A DNA stretch of 64,000 bases from a virus, in IMG/VR virus record IMGVR_UViG_3300045988_177049, positions 32,001-96,000 of that record; one strand, 5' to 3'. Both the position numbers and the translations under genes were made by a program. Positions within the stretch are counted from its first letter, which is position 1; each line of letters starts with the position of its first letter. Under the pieces are notes generated by a model, which was given only the letters and a program-made list of their open reading frames with translations, did no database searches and had not been told where the DNA came from. Of the stretch, positions 50,701 to 59,900 are shown one piece after another.

Positions 50701-51526
50701 GACGATCATGAACGCTACTCGTCATGTACAGACGCGGGATGCGACGCTGTTCCTCATCCTTCACGATCAAACCTGTAAATGCTGGATGCGTCATCACCTG
50801 TGGGCCTTCGACGCGCTTACCTGTCCCCTCGTGGATAAAAATCGATCGGGAACTCTCGCGCTGTCGCTTCCATCCCATGTGCTCTTCGATCGCTGCAAAA
50901 ACCTCATCGGGAGCCTCATTCGGCATACTGACGTACCCACGCTCGTCAATGCGTACACCCCAGCCGAGAAACGCTCCGCACACATAAGGATCAACCGGGA
51001 GCAAACGGCTCTGTCGCACCAGTGCTCCAGATGCAGGCAGCTCCCATACCAAAGACCTGTCCTGGGGATCCACCAAGCCCTGGTCCATAATCTCTCGCAG
51101 CGACAATGTCTGCCACTCGTGAGTTCCACAGCGACGCACAGTCCACAGGTGCTCATCGTTGCAGCGTACTCGATCCCCTCGATTCGTGACCATCTCATAT
51201 TCGCGCCGCATCCCCTGTGGGAACACGCCTGTGACAGTGACAGGGTCTCCGTGTTCATCAAAGACGCGATCCCCCACCTTGAGCATCCCAATACGCACGT
51301 ACCCACGTTCGTCTGCAACCGGAATCAACTCATCGTTTGGATGAGCCTTGCCGGTGCCTGGCGGGGCAAGCAGAATCGCGTTACACATCTCGGGGCGAGC
51401 CAGAGCACTCATCAATGAGACCTTCTCCTTTTCACGGCCCACAACTTCACGCGCGGGTTTGCCCAGACGAGACGCAAAATCTCGCAGCATGGGATAAGCC
51501 TCATTCAGACGATCATTGTCGAACAC
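47753..51526 (-). CDS. ClpA/ClpB-like double-AAA+ ATPase precursor interrupted by two inteins
   Basis: Extein sequence reconstitutes D1 LLAPPGTGK|T..., VVLFIDEFHQV, VIAATT and D2 LLTGSSGVGK(L)|TEVTKQLAKILFG, VLLFDEIEKA, LTTNAG. It is paralogous to the 14964..16805 product. Confidence 0.7.
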   Translation of the reverse strand: MFDNDRLNEAYPMLRDFASRLGKPAREVVGREKEKVSLMSALARPEMCNAILLAPPGTGKAHPNDELIPVADERGYVRIGMLKVGDRVFDEHGDPVTVTGVFPQGMRREYEMVTNRGDRVRCNDEHLWTVRRCGTHEWQTLSLREIMDQGLVDPQDRSLVWELPASGALVRQSRLLPVDPYVCGAFLGWGVRIDERGYVSMPNEAPDEVFAAIEEHMGWKRQRESSRSIFIHEGTGKRVEGPQVMTHPAFTGLIVKDEEQRRIPRLYMTSSVHDRQEMVRALRESESYRDVSSPFIWKVDIDMHELECSLGRIGGLIAEVIDNNRETEMTCIMVDSDTHLYQVGRGHIVTHNTVLVQSCMEDDPARIYLEVDMAKMISDLSNPEEMAARLKALFDEAEAFSKAEGREVVLFIDEFHQVVQLSAAAVEALKPLLAASGSRGIKVIAATTYDEFDAHIASNLPLVERLARINIPQTNRRVTIEILKAMAQKYGVDQGMISESLYEQIFDYTNRYVPASVQPRKSIRVLDAMVGRHRYLGEPMDKKLLATVLKVEFGVEVEINVDATAIKAELDKRVFSQDFATTSIARRLQLCVAGLNDPSKPMASLLLTGSSGVGKLCTDSTRVPVFSEDGSVAWKRHGDLVPGDRVFKRDGSPEEVLAVFPQGKQDIYRVHTWDGRHLDVGGPHLWSVYTRSMRERKRGGLDVQPRVMTTMDMLESGVLNIHPKSGAKRMKFFIPMNEAVQWPDAHLPVDPYVVGVFIGNGCLTRKPLRLSSDDIDVVRRISETIGFEFKEDNAHYCWLFKTGEKFGHRDSLVQTKDIFAKVPELIGVYSTERRIPQQYMAASVGQRWELVRGLFDTDGSIVKDRYDVSYSTSSQGLAEDVRELLFSLGVSNTMNTYMRTDDDGRVSTEYTIYVKSSNDDKTRFFWLERKRAIAEEAKVATKGRQRVKKFDMVGITKIEKLPYRESSSCIYVADDEHLYQAGDFIVTHNTEVTKQLAKILFGDDQRHLVRFDMSEWGRDDSVDLFREDLARHVWATSHCVLLFDEIEKASPLVVRLLLQVLDDGRLSDKDGRQVSFLNTYIVLTTNAGSEIYRTIGEYNADDHGSEETMRDYEKIIETSIKSEDGGKFPPELLGRIDAIVPFQPLSRATLRKIMTKKLAEMITDVKRKHGIHVTVDGRVLEFLVEDEARSDSDSGGARDMVRRMQRFVTTEIAAFINEHPHERNIAVRIEGTLRSEDVSILKSDARVVVQPYDAVLA
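48560..49678 (-). mobile_element. intein 2 (~373 aa, Cys1 ... HN / +1 Thr) in the D2 P-loop of the Clp-like ATPase
   Basis: Inserted after GVGK(L). N-block CTDSTRVPVF...GDRVF. LAGLIDADG motifs PYVVGVFIGNGCL and VRGLFDTDGS. C-terminal DFIVTHN|TEV. The exact -1 residue (L) is uncertain. Confidence 0.6.
50471..51346 (-). mobile_element. intein 1 (292 aa, Ala1 ... HN / +1 Thr) in the D1 P-loop of the Clp-like ATPase
   Basis: Inserted between GTGK and T of the Walker A. Hint N-block ...VRIGMLKVGDRVF..., C-terminal GHIVTHN|T. An internal LAGLIDADG-like segment (PYVCGAFLGWG). Confidence 0.6.
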
Positions 51527-51653
51527 ATTAACACTCCGTTCAATCGATTAACTTGGTATACCAGCATTCTAGCACAATCACTCGACAATAAAAAATCACC
51601 CTCGCCAGATTTCTCCAGCGAGGGTGAAACGGAGGTGTAAACCTACCAAACGA

Positions 51654-52205
51654 TCAGAACTCCGGTTCGTCGTTCTCGATCTCAGCAACCTCTTCAACCT
51701 GCGCCTCGGCGCTAACCTCGGCTTCTGCGTCCTTCTGAGCAGCCTTGCGAGCTTCATTAGCTTCCTTAGCTGCCTTCGAAGCTGCACGCAGCTCATCGAA
51801 GATCTTATCGTCGATCGCCAACTCCGAAGGCTCAAGAGTCTTCGTGTTGATGACAAGACCAGTCTGCTTACCAGATGCAGGCATCACGTCTGCCTTCACC
51901 GCGTAAACGCGAGGTCCCGGATGACCGTCACGCTCAGGCATCTGAACGAAGTTATCGCCAGCCGCAGCAACAATAGCATCTCGCTGAGACACACTGTAAC
52001 CGGCCTGGTGATCATACACCGTTCGACCATCCAATTCACGCTTCTTCGACACCAGGTGAGGAACTTGCTGGGGTGCAACACCCTCAACAGGACGCACCTG
52101 TGCATCCAGGAAGAAACGATCGCCAGCCTTTGAGTGTGCGTTGGGGTATTCGACAACCACCAGCTCGACACCACTCATTGAACCCTTACCACGTAGAATA
52201 GCCAT
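51654..52205 (-). CDS. hypothetical protein with acidic C-terminal SSB-tail-like ...ENDEPEF
   Basis: 183 aa. The last ~50 aa are an Ala/Glu/Lys-rich helix ending EIENDEPEF, like the actinobacterial SSB C-terminus DDEPPF. Sits immediately downstream of the relaxase. Confidence 0.45.
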   Translation of the reverse strand: MAILRGKGSMSGVELVVVEYPNAHSKAGDRFFLDAQVRPVEGVAPQQVPHLVSKKRELDGRTVYDHQAGYSVSQRDAIVAAAGDNFVQMPERDGHPGPRVYAVKADVMPASGKQTGLVINTKTLEPSELAIDDKIFDELRAASKAAKEANEARKAAQKDAEAEVSAEAQVEEVAEIENDEPEF

Positions 52206-52340
52206 TGCGCCATCCTCCTTCCATATCCCGCTCCGCAGAGCGTCAGTCGAGGGTTAATCAGCCCTCTCATATACACGGGTCCCTCCCGTGCAACGCTCTT
52301 TCATCATAATACGAGAAAACACTGAGTGTCAAGTCAAACA

Positions 52341-54665
52341 TCAACCAAGTTCAATATCGTCGGATGCATCCATGATGTCATTCTCAGGCGTGTCCAGAAC
52401 AGCCTCAATCTGAGGCACCAAGTCTGCCGTCTCGCGCCATGTGCTTATCCGAACGATGCCAGCCAGACCCTCGTCAAAACTGACTGTTGCACTCCGGCGC
52501 ACCCCCTTTTTCATCGGAACCACATCGCTGAGCGCGCTTGTGAGAACCAGATCGCCACTCTTGTGGCTCATCTGCTTCTCCAGATCATCAGCCACCTTAT
52601 TCATCCGGCGCACATCACCCAGGGGCAACACGGCGTCAACGATGGTGCTCTGGCCTGATTGCTCCAAATAGGTTCGAGCCTCATCAACCAGACGTTGCCG
52701 CCTTCGTGCCCACTGAACGAAGCCCTGGGCCGTGTGGCGTCCCAGGGCCATATCCACCACCGTGTCCGACCTAACGTCGTGAAGATCCATACCCTTGGTT
52801 TCAGACAATGTCCAGCGTTCCCCTTGCACCACAGTGAGGGCGTTCTCGCCACCTGCTGTCTGATCCTTTTGATCCGAGTCCTCATCGCCCACAGCCTTGA
52901 TGACAAGACCTTGACCCGACAGGGTGGACACAAGATCGTTCATACGGGTTTTGAGCGTCTCACGCGCCTTCTCTAGGCGGCGGCGCAAAGTCTGACGCCC
53001 CGCTGAGCCACCGGCCACCAGCAAACGTCCACCGCTCACGCCATGAGAGACCACCCCTAAGCGCTCGGCTTCATTCGCATCCTTCATCTTCGGGATGGAA
53101 CGGTCCCCCAGCAACCCCTCTAGGCCAAAAACACCCGTGCGTGCCTGATCGACAGCATACAACGCCTCTTTCCACGTCTCATCGCTACTCTCACCATCAA
53201 CGCCTGTAGCCAGCGGCCCCAGCAGCGAGCGATATTTACTCACGCACCGGGCATGATACTCTTCCTCTTCGAGATAGAGCCTATGCATCGGCTCAGAGGT
53301 TGACGAGACGACCCCTGCTTGGAAACCAGACTCCCATTCTGAGGCACGCTGACGCCACATCTCACGTTGAGCGTTATGTTCCCGCATCCTTGTTCCATAC
53401 GAGCGTAGTCGCAATGAGAAGCCCACAAGATCATCCTCGGCGCTCACGCCCCCAGCTCGGGTCTTGATCTGCTGAGCGTGAGTAGCCATCAGGGTCTCCA
53501 CGTCTTGGCTCATCACGTCCAGAGTCGGCGTACGTACATGTGTCATCTCTGGCGGCAACGAGGCAAGAACTTGGTACAAACCGTTAACACCTCGCTCCAT
53601 AATGGTCTGATACCCACGCTGAACCAATGCCTTGCGCGCCTGCTCACTCAAACCTTCTCGCTGTGCCCTACGGCCAGCGTAGGTCTCGACAGCGAGCATG
53701 GCAGAAGCCATCGGTGAGCCTTCTTGTTCAAGCAGCTCACTCACCAGCTCTGTGGCAACGCTATTGGCACGTCGCATCTCGCTCCGGTTTGATCCGTAAC
53801 GCCACAAAGTCTTGTCAGCAGGCAGGCACGCGAGCAGCAGCTGTGGAAGCGACTCTTCGAGCACCTTCTTATGCGCCCATCGCTTAACAAACGCTGCGAC
53901 ATTAAGTCGTTCATACCCCACAGCGCTCGACATATGAGCCACGTGCTGGTTCTCGTCTAACCACGAGTCCACCCCTCGGCGGAGCACAGAGATGTCGGTG
54001 CTCGTCAGTTTACCTTTCTGCTGGACGCCTTTCCCGGTGCGCACTCTCCGACCGCGCCCGGCATCAACCATTGCGAGATGGCAGTGAACATGCAGGGTAT
54101 CCACCTGGATCACGCCCACGTAGCGCAGGTCATCGAAACGATGCCCCATACGCTCCAGTCCATGCATAATCGCCATGCGCAGGCGCATCTGGTCGATATG
54201 GCCTCGGTAATCGCCTTTGTTCTGTGCCACGAAACCCTTGGGAACCACACCCATCTCTTGCAGATACTCAGGGCTAAAAGACAACACAGTTTTCATGACT
54301 GTGTGACCTTCATCGAACAGACGTTGAATGTCAGCGCTGGCTCGGCGTACACCTTCATCAGAGAGCGAGGGTTGGCCGTAGCCAAAGGCAACGCCGCCCA
54401 GCCCAGAGACATGGAGCACGCTCTCTTTAACCTCGTAGCGCGAATGAGCCTTCTCCGTTGCGCTCTCACGGGCCATGTAACGAAGAATAAAGTCTTCCGT
54501 ATCGCGCTTGCGGATCGGCGTGACAGGTTCGGTTGCCCCTTTGCGAGCCATATAGCGCATGACGTAGGTACCGGGGGTACCACCACGTGATCCACCTTTG
54601 CCAGACCCTGGGGTGGGCACGCTGAACTCGTTGACGACAACGATGCTGCTCTTAAGGCTCACCAT
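52341..54665 (-). CDS. conjugative relaxase (MOBP-like)
   Basis: N-terminal GTYVMRYMARKGA (catalytic Tyr region, with a second copy FILRYMARESA) and His-cluster motif GVIQVDTLHVHCHLAMV (cf. RP4 TraI HGDTDNLHIHILIN). A long C-terminal extension follows. Confidence 0.55.
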   Translation of the reverse strand: MVSLKSSIVVVNEFSVPTPGSGKGGSRGGTPGTYVMRYMARKGATEPVTPIRKRDTEDFILRYMARESATEKAHSRYEVKESVLHVSGLGGVAFGYGQPSLSDEGVRRASADIQRLFDEGHTVMKTVLSFSPEYLQEMGVVPKGFVAQNKGDYRGHIDQMRLRMAIMHGLERMGHRFDDLRYVGVIQVDTLHVHCHLAMVDAGRGRRVRTGKGVQQKGKLTSTDISVLRRGVDSWLDENQHVAHMSSAVGYERLNVAAFVKRWAHKKVLEESLPQLLLACLPADKTLWRYGSNRSEMRRANSVATELVSELLEQEGSPMASAMLAVETYAGRRAQREGLSEQARKALVQRGYQTIMERGVNGLYQVLASLPPEMTHVRTPTLDVMSQDVETLMATHAQQIKTRAGGVSAEDDLVGFSLRLRSYGTRMREHNAQREMWRQRASEWESGFQAGVVSSTSEPMHRLYLEEEEYHARCVSKYRSLLGPLATGVDGESSDETWKEALYAVDQARTGVFGLEGLLGDRSIPKMKDANEAERLGVVSHGVSGGRLLVAGGSAGRQTLRRRLEKARETLKTRMNDLVSTLSGQGLVIKAVGDEDSDQKDQTAGGENALTVVQGERWTLSETKGMDLHDVRSDTVVDMALGRHTAQGFVQWARRRQRLVDEARTYLEQSGQSTIVDAVLPLGDVRRMNKVADDLEKQMSHKSGDLVLTSALSDVVPMKKGVRRSATVSFDEGLAGIVRISTWRETADLVPQIEAVLDTPENDIMDASDDIELG

Positions 54666-54740
54666 TCAACCTTTCTGTAACGTCTGAATACAAGCAACAG
54701 GGGCGGCGCAATCCCACCGCCCCTGCCGCATTGCGACATC

Positions 54741-55844
54741 TTAGAACTCGGGTTCCTCGTCCTCGATGTCAAGGTCAAGAGCGTTAATCGTCTTGTCTCC
54801 CGCGCTCGTGTCCTTCTCGTCGCTCTCATCCGCGACAGGCATCTTTTCACGCAGACGTGCTTCGACCTCTTCACGGATCGAGTCATCGTTCAAAGCCTCG
54901 GTGACAGCAGGGCTGTTCTCGGCAATCTGAGAGGCGACAAAGTCGCCGAGCACAGACTTGAACGTCGAGTCCAGGGTGCTCTCCTTGGCAGACTCCACGC
55001 TCGGTTTGTCCTCGCGCGTCTCTTCTGCTTCGACCTCGGCCTCATCCTGGGCGGCTGCCTTGTTTTGAGCGTTGCGCATCAGCGCATCGAACAGAGGCGA
55101 TTCCATGACAGGCAGAGAAGTCGCAGAAGCGCCGCTCAGAGCCTGAGAAATCGACGCACCTTCTGCCTCGCTGACTCGACCTTCTGAGCCGTCCTCGTCA
55201 TACTCAGACAGATCCATACCGGCGAACATGTCGTTCACCTGAGAGGTTCGCTCCATGCTCCGATCCGCAGACAGGCTGTTTTCACTCTCACGAGAGCGAA
55301 TCTCACTGAGGTAATCCGGGAAGTAGTCGGACAGATCAAGGCCGGAGTTCTCGGAGTCAATGACAAGTCCGTCTCGGTCCACAACGTCAAGGAACACCAG
55401 TGGTGCTTCCGTTTCGTTTCGAGGTGCAATTGCAATGCCCTTGTAGTGAGCCGGAAGCTGCCACACTTGGTTGAGCAGATCGGCAGGGGGTTCGAAACCT
55501 TCGTTGAAGAAACCCTTTTGAACAAGGGCGACAAGCTGCTCATCGGAGAATTCATAGAATGCATCGACCGTTGAGTCACCGCCATCCATGTTCCGATCAA
55601 AAGCCACCTCGGTCACGCCGTAGGCGATCTCGGGTGAGTCATAGGGGACCAGTCCAACAAGGCGACCACGAACATGGAGAACGGGTCGGTAGTTAGAGGC
55701 TGGTCCATGGTTGGTGAAATACAAGGTGTCCACAAGAACCTTGATGTCGGCTTCGCCTTCAACCTCACGCGTTTCAACGTCTCGCATCGACAGGGCGCGT
55801 TGTACCCAGCGATTCGAGCGACGCATTCCGGTAACGGTACTCAT
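54741..55844 (-). CDS. hypothetical highly acidic protein with C-terminal ...DIEDEEPEF
   Basis: 367 aa. The C-terminal half is Asp/Glu/Ser-rich and ends EEPEF (SSB-Ct-like). First gene upstream of the relaxase. Confidence 0.45.
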   Translation of the reverse strand: MSTVTGMRRSNRWVQRALSMRDVETREVEGEADIKVLVDTLYFTNHGPASNYRPVLHVRGRLVGLVPYDSPEIAYGVTEVAFDRNMDGGDSTVDAFYEFSDEQLVALVQKGFFNEGFEPPADLLNQVWQLPAHYKGIAIAPRNETEAPLVFLDVVDRDGLVIDSENSGLDLSDYFPDYLSEIRSRESENSLSADRSMERTSQVNDMFAGMDLSEYDEDGSEGRVSEAEGASISQALSGASATSLPVMESPLFDALMRNAQNKAAAQDEAEVEAEETREDKPSVESAKESTLDSTFKSVLGDFVASQIAENSPAVTEALNDDSIREEVEARLREKMPVADESDEKDTSAGDKTINALDLDIEDEEPEF

Positions 55845-55883
55845 ATATTCTCTCTTTCCTTTAGTAGGGGTAGAACCATCGGC

Positions 55884-56378
55884 TCAGCGCCGACGCGACT
55901 TCTTCTTCTTTCGGTCTGGTTCAGGGGTTTCGACACGCTTTGCACGGCCCATTGGTTCAGAGGCGTGGTGCACACCTTCTGTCCACTCGCCCATGCCCCC
56001 TGCTCGATCAACCCATAGTCTCATCGAGTCAAAACCTCGGTTCATGACGCGCCACATCCATGCGCACAGCGCGATCACACCAGCGGAGATCACCAAGGTT
56101 GTGAGCAGCATCGGAGCAACCCAGTACGTGATGAACGATTCACTGCTCGGCGCGTTTGCACTCGTCACACCCAATGCATTTTGAATGAGTGATCCCATGT
56201 TTGGAACAACTTTCAGCGCTCCCCACATCGTGATCCACAGGCTGATAAACAGCCATAGGACAAAGCCGATGACGCGGGCAACAACGTAGAGGCCCATACG
56301 GGCACTTCGCTTGATTGCACCCTTTTCATCGTCAGTCATGGGAGTGCGGGAGGTCTTAACCAAAGAAGTCAGGTTCAT
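55884..56378 (-). CDS. small integral membrane protein
   Basis: Three predicted TM helices and a basic C-terminus (KKKKSRRR). Confidence 0.45.
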   Translation of the reverse strand: MNLTSLVKTSRTPMTDDEKGAIKRSARMGLYVVARVIGFVLWLFISLWITMWGALKVVPNMGSLIQNALGVTSANAPSSESFITYWVAPMLLTTLVISAGVIALCAWMWRVMNRGFDSMRLWVDRAGGMGEWTEGVHHASEPMGRAKRVETPEPDRKKKKSRRR

Positions 56379-56435
56379 TCGAGATTTCCTTTCAGATTAT
56401 TTCAATAAAACAATGACATGTGGGACTGCACATGC

Positions 56436-57161
56436 TTAGTACGTCCGATCGTGACCAGGAGAACCGGCCCAACCGATGAGATCAGTAACGTTTCCATCAC
56501 TATCCACGGTGTAACTCATCGTAGAGTACGAGGTGCTGGTTGCCTTACCGTCAACGCTTCGTGTTTTGATACCGACCACGGCAAAGTAGGAGTACTTCGT
56601 GCCGTTAATGTTCGTCACAGCGCTCGTGAACGAATCGAGAGTCGAGTTCGCGCCTTCATAAGCAAAGTACGTCTTTCCAGACGAGTCTGTGCGCCACGCA
56701 CCTGCATCTTCACCCGGCATAAACACCTTGAGGAACTGAGAGTTCTCATCGAGATGCCAACGATCGATGAGCGCCTTTCGTGCATCAATGTACTGTTGCC
56801 CGCTTGACCACGTAAGCGCCTGCTTCATAATGGCTTCAACAGTCTCGTCATCCTTGGCCTTACGAGCCGGGGACATGCCAGTGGTCTCGGTCGAGACATT
56901 CTCTTGCGCGGTCGCACTTGATGCCTGGGTCGAGCCAAGCTGAGAGCGCAACTGCTGGACGTAGGCTTCCGTGCGTGCGTTCTCGGCGCTCACGGTGTTT
57001 CCGTGAACAGCCGCAACACCGATACCACCGCACAGAATCGCACCACCTGCAATGAGTGCTCCGAAACGTACAACCCACGAGGGCTTATTCTCTTGTGTCA
57101 TCTCAACCAACTCCGTTCGCGTGTGCCGTGTCATCACTAATGAGCAAGCGTGCTCCAGCAC
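56436..57161 (-). CDS. hypothetical secreted/membrane-anchored protein
   Basis: N-terminal TM/signal-anchor (FGALIAGGAILCGGIGVAAV), then a Ser/Thr-rich extracytoplasmic domain. Confidence 0.45.
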   Translation of the reverse strand: MLEHACSLVMTRHTRTELVEMTQENKPSWVVRFGALIAGGAILCGGIGVAAVHGNTVSAENARTEAYVQQLRSQLGSTQASSATAQENVSTETTGMSPARKAKDDETVEAIMKQALTWSSGQQYIDARKALIDRWHLDENSQFLKVFMPGEDAGAWRTDSSGKTYFAYEGANSTLDSFTSAVTNINGTKYSYFAVVGIKTRSVDGKATSTSYSTMSYTVDSDGNVTDLIGWAGSPGHDRTY

Positions 57162-57879
57162 TCGTCACGCCAGTATGCAGCTTGGAGAACGTTCCAGACC
57201 CAGCATCATACGTGGCTGTCGTCCATGCGAGCAACGTACCGTCGCTCCCCTTGCACAACCATGCGATCGGCAGAGCGGACGTGTCTGTCACATCGTAGGT
57301 GACAACCGATTCCCACTTGTACTGATCGGCGGGCATCGGATTTGCCCCGCCAGACCCGTCCTTAACCAAAGGCGAGAACCACCTGCCAGCAGCCTTGCTC
57401 GGAACCAACTGAGCCAACGCCTCATACAGTGCCTTGGACTTTTGTGCATCCTGCTGTGCCTGTGCAGCAGCAGTGCTCGGTTGCCAACCCCTGTATTCGT
57501 TTTGGAGATCGGCAACCTTCTGGCTCTTTTCTTGCAGGGCGCTCACAGCCTTCTTCGCCACGTTCGCATCAGGAACAGCCTGCTCGGTGTGCTGTGCGCT
57601 AGAGATCTGAGCGTTCAGATCGTTAATCTCAGCCGTGCGGTCCACAGGCTTGGTCTGCATCCCAAACGCTGCAATACCAATACCAAGAGCTGCAAGACCC
57701 ATGCTTGCACCCACCTTGAGGCCAGTGCGAGAGCGAGTGTTCTCACCGGAACCCTGCTCCTTTTCAGCGCGACGACGCTCCCATTCTTCGGCAACGTCGA
57801 TGCGAGTTGTGCGCTTCGGCTTTTCAGTCGGGGTGCGCGACCATTCAATCAAGTCATCAAGTTTCGACACGGCTATCAC
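57103..57879 (-). CDS. hypothetical bitopic membrane protein
   Basis: TM helix GASMGLAALGIGIAAFGM after a charged N-terminus. Overlaps the downstream gene start (operon coupling). Confidence 0.45.
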   Translation of the reverse strand: MIAVSKLDDLIEWSRTPTEKPKRTTRIDVAEEWERRRAEKEQGSGENTRSRTGLKVGASMGLAALGIGIAAFGMQTKPVDRTAEINDLNAQISSAQHTEQAVPDANVAKKAVSALQEKSQKVADLQNEYRGWQPSTAAAQAQQDAQKSKALYEALAQLVPSKAAGRWFSPLVKDGSGGANPMPADQYKWESVVTYDVTDTSALPIAWLCKGSDGTLLAWTTATYDAGSGTFSKLHTGVTSAGARLLISDDTAHANGVG

Positions 57880-57991
57880 TTCCTTTCGTTTGACGCGATT
57901 TCACTCGTGTATCAATATAATTATTGTAGCACAAAACCCCGCACTAGATGCAATATCTAGCACGGGGCCTGTGATCAATCCATGCAACAAC

Positions 57992-59887
57992 TCACGGTCC
58001 AGGGGTCAGGCGCGTACCCTTATCCCCCTGCCCCTTCTGCATAGAGGACGGGACAGTAACAGACGTGAACTTCGAAGACTGCTCCTTCGTCACGTTACGG
58101 AACGCCAAGTAATCCGTATCGAGACCCGTTGAACCAGTGTAGAACTGACCAACTGTTGGCGAACGGTCGTTGAGCGAACCAGAAACAATCTCGCCATGAG
58201 ACTCGTAGTTTCCTTCGCCCCAAACTTCCTTCACCGAGTCTTCACCCACGTACATGACTGTGTGCGAAACGCCGCCAGTTGTGCGCAAAAGGATATCTCC
58301 CGGTTGCAGCTTGGACTTGTCACCGTTGTAATCAACCGGCTTCCACTTCGAACTGCCTTCACCTTGGAGATAGGCGAGCTGGTTCGATACACCACCAGCG
58401 GGATAGCTATCGTCTGTTCCAGACCAGCGCACAGCGGTTGCAACCGTACGGTCACATGAAGCAAAGAAATGATCCGACTCACCAAGTACTTCCTTATGAA
58501 GATACTTGTACAGATCGGTGCCGTCGTTGCCCTTACCCTCATCGTTGTACGGCCATGCGTAGGACAGCGCAGCCTTGACCAGCGACGAGTTATCAACGTG
58601 TCCAGCAAAAGACTTACACTGACTTGCCGCCTGAGCAACAGAAGCGTTGTTCGCTCCTGTCACTGCACTACCTGACTGAGCAAGAATCGAGTCAGCGAGC
58701 GACTGATTCTTCGACCAGCCACCCATCTTGGCAAACCACGTGCCAGCAGCAGCTTCACGGGTTGGCAGCGTTCCATCATTGATGCCTTCCCACTTCGTAA
58801 GGAAGTACGAGGTTGCAGCAGACACGCTTCCACCCTCAGAGTTATTGATGAGAGCCTTCACCTGACCCACACGGGTTGGATCATCCTTGGAGACCATGAA
58901 ACCAAGCTGAGTTTCCAGCGTGTACCACGGCTTATTGATCGACTTTGCATACTCGGTGAGCAGCGTGTTACGGCCATTCGTCCACTGTCCAAGGCCAATA
59001 CCCATGAGGTCAATCGCAGGGAAACGAGCAGCGTAAGCCGGATCAACCTGAGCCATCTTAAAGTTCTTAAGTTGAGCATCCGTTTTGCGCGGCCCAATCG
59101 TGAACTTCTCGTCAAAGATTGTTTCAACGCTCGTTGGATCGATACCTGACTCATGCGACCAGTTGCCAAGGATGCCAGCGATATTCTCATTCGACATTCC
59201 CCATGCCGAGAGCACGGAGTAAATCGTCTTGGCGTTTTCTTCTGTTTGAGCCGAGAAATCGCCCTGAGCGCCCTCAGATGCTTTCACAGCGTTGTTCACT
59301 TCAACAGTGCATGAGGGGAGCAATCCATCGCGAGAGGCGGTGTCGCCATCGCGCATCGCAAGAGCACCACCAACCACGCCGACAGCTCCAACCGCTAGAG
59401 CCGCAAACGAAGCAACGCCCGCTGTTGCAGCTGAAACCATGCCACCCATCGCACTTGAAATTGAAGTACCAAGACCAGCAAAGAACCCGACGACCGACTT
59501 ACCAGCAGCGACGAGAGCGCCTGCTGCCATAGACCACAGTGACTGAGCAGCAGCAACGGCTGTCATCATCACAGTTTTCAGCCAGTTAAGAAACGTCGCT
59601 AGAGCAGCAGCTTGCGCAGCAACCGGAGCAGCAGCACCAGCGGCCATACCTGCCGCAGCCTTGCCGCCCTTACCCGCGCCAGGAACGCCACCGATACCAG
59701 AGGGCGCTCCACCAGGAGCCGCGCCACCCGATCCCATCACATCGGTACCATTAGCGCCTGTATCAACCTTTTCAGGCACATCACTTTGAGATGCGGAACG
59801 ATCAGGCTTGTCAATCGTCTCAGGGGTAGAAGCGTCGCCCTTCAATGGGTCTAGCCCACCAGCTACGCCTTTACTCACTGTCATCAC
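57992..59887 (-). CDS. bifunctional cell-wall hydrolase (CwlT-like: lysozyme/muramidase-like domain + NlpC/P60 peptidase)
   Basis: Gly/Ala-rich hydrophobic N-terminus. GNWSHESGIDP...GIGLGQWT (tail-lysozyme/CwlT N-domain signature). C-terminal QPGDILLRTTGGVSHTVMYVGE (NlpC/P60 Cys-His core). Confidence 0.65.
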   Translation of the reverse strand: MMTVSKGVAGGLDPLKGDASTPETIDKPDRSASQSDVPEKVDTGANGTDVMGSGGAAPGGAPSGIGGVPGAGKGGKAAAGMAAGAAAPVAAQAAALATFLNWLKTVMMTAVAAAQSLWSMAAGALVAAGKSVVGFFAGLGTSISSAMGGMVSAATAGVASFAALAVGAVGVVGGALAMRDGDTASRDGLLPSCTVEVNNAVKASEGAQGDFSAQTEENAKTIYSVLSAWGMSNENIAGILGNWSHESGIDPTSVETIFDEKFTIGPRKTDAQLKNFKMAQVDPAYAARFPAIDLMGIGLGQWTNGRNTLLTEYAKSINKPWYTLETQLGFMVSKDDPTRVGQVKALINNSEGGSVSAATSYFLTKWEGINDGTLPTREAAAGTWFAKMGGWSKNQSLADSILAQSGSAVTGANNASVAQAASQCKSFAGHVDNSSLVKAALSYAWPYNDEGKGNDGTDLYKYLHKEVLGESDHFFASCDRTVATAVRWSGTDDSYPAGGVSNQLAYLQGEGSSKWKPVDYNGDKSKLQPGDILLRTTGGVSHTVMYVGEDSVKEVWGEGNYESHGEIVSGSLNDRSPTVGQFYTGSTGLDTDYLAFRNVTKEQSSKFTSVTVPSSMQKGQGDKGTRLTPGP

Positions 59888-59900
59888 AAATCTCCTTCTC

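Noticed and set aside
49796-51418. 540-aa plus-strand ORF
   Set aside because: It is antisense to the Clp-like/intein gene, which has clear AAA+ and Hint motifs. It is a typical high-GC shadow ORF with R/L/H-rich composition.
57992-59887. Phage endolysin / tail lysozyme call for the bifunctional hydrolase
   Set aside because: It has an N-terminal membrane anchor and sits inside the T4SS operon next to VirB6-like and T4CP genes. That fits a conjugation-associated CwlT-type hydrolase rather than a phage lysin.
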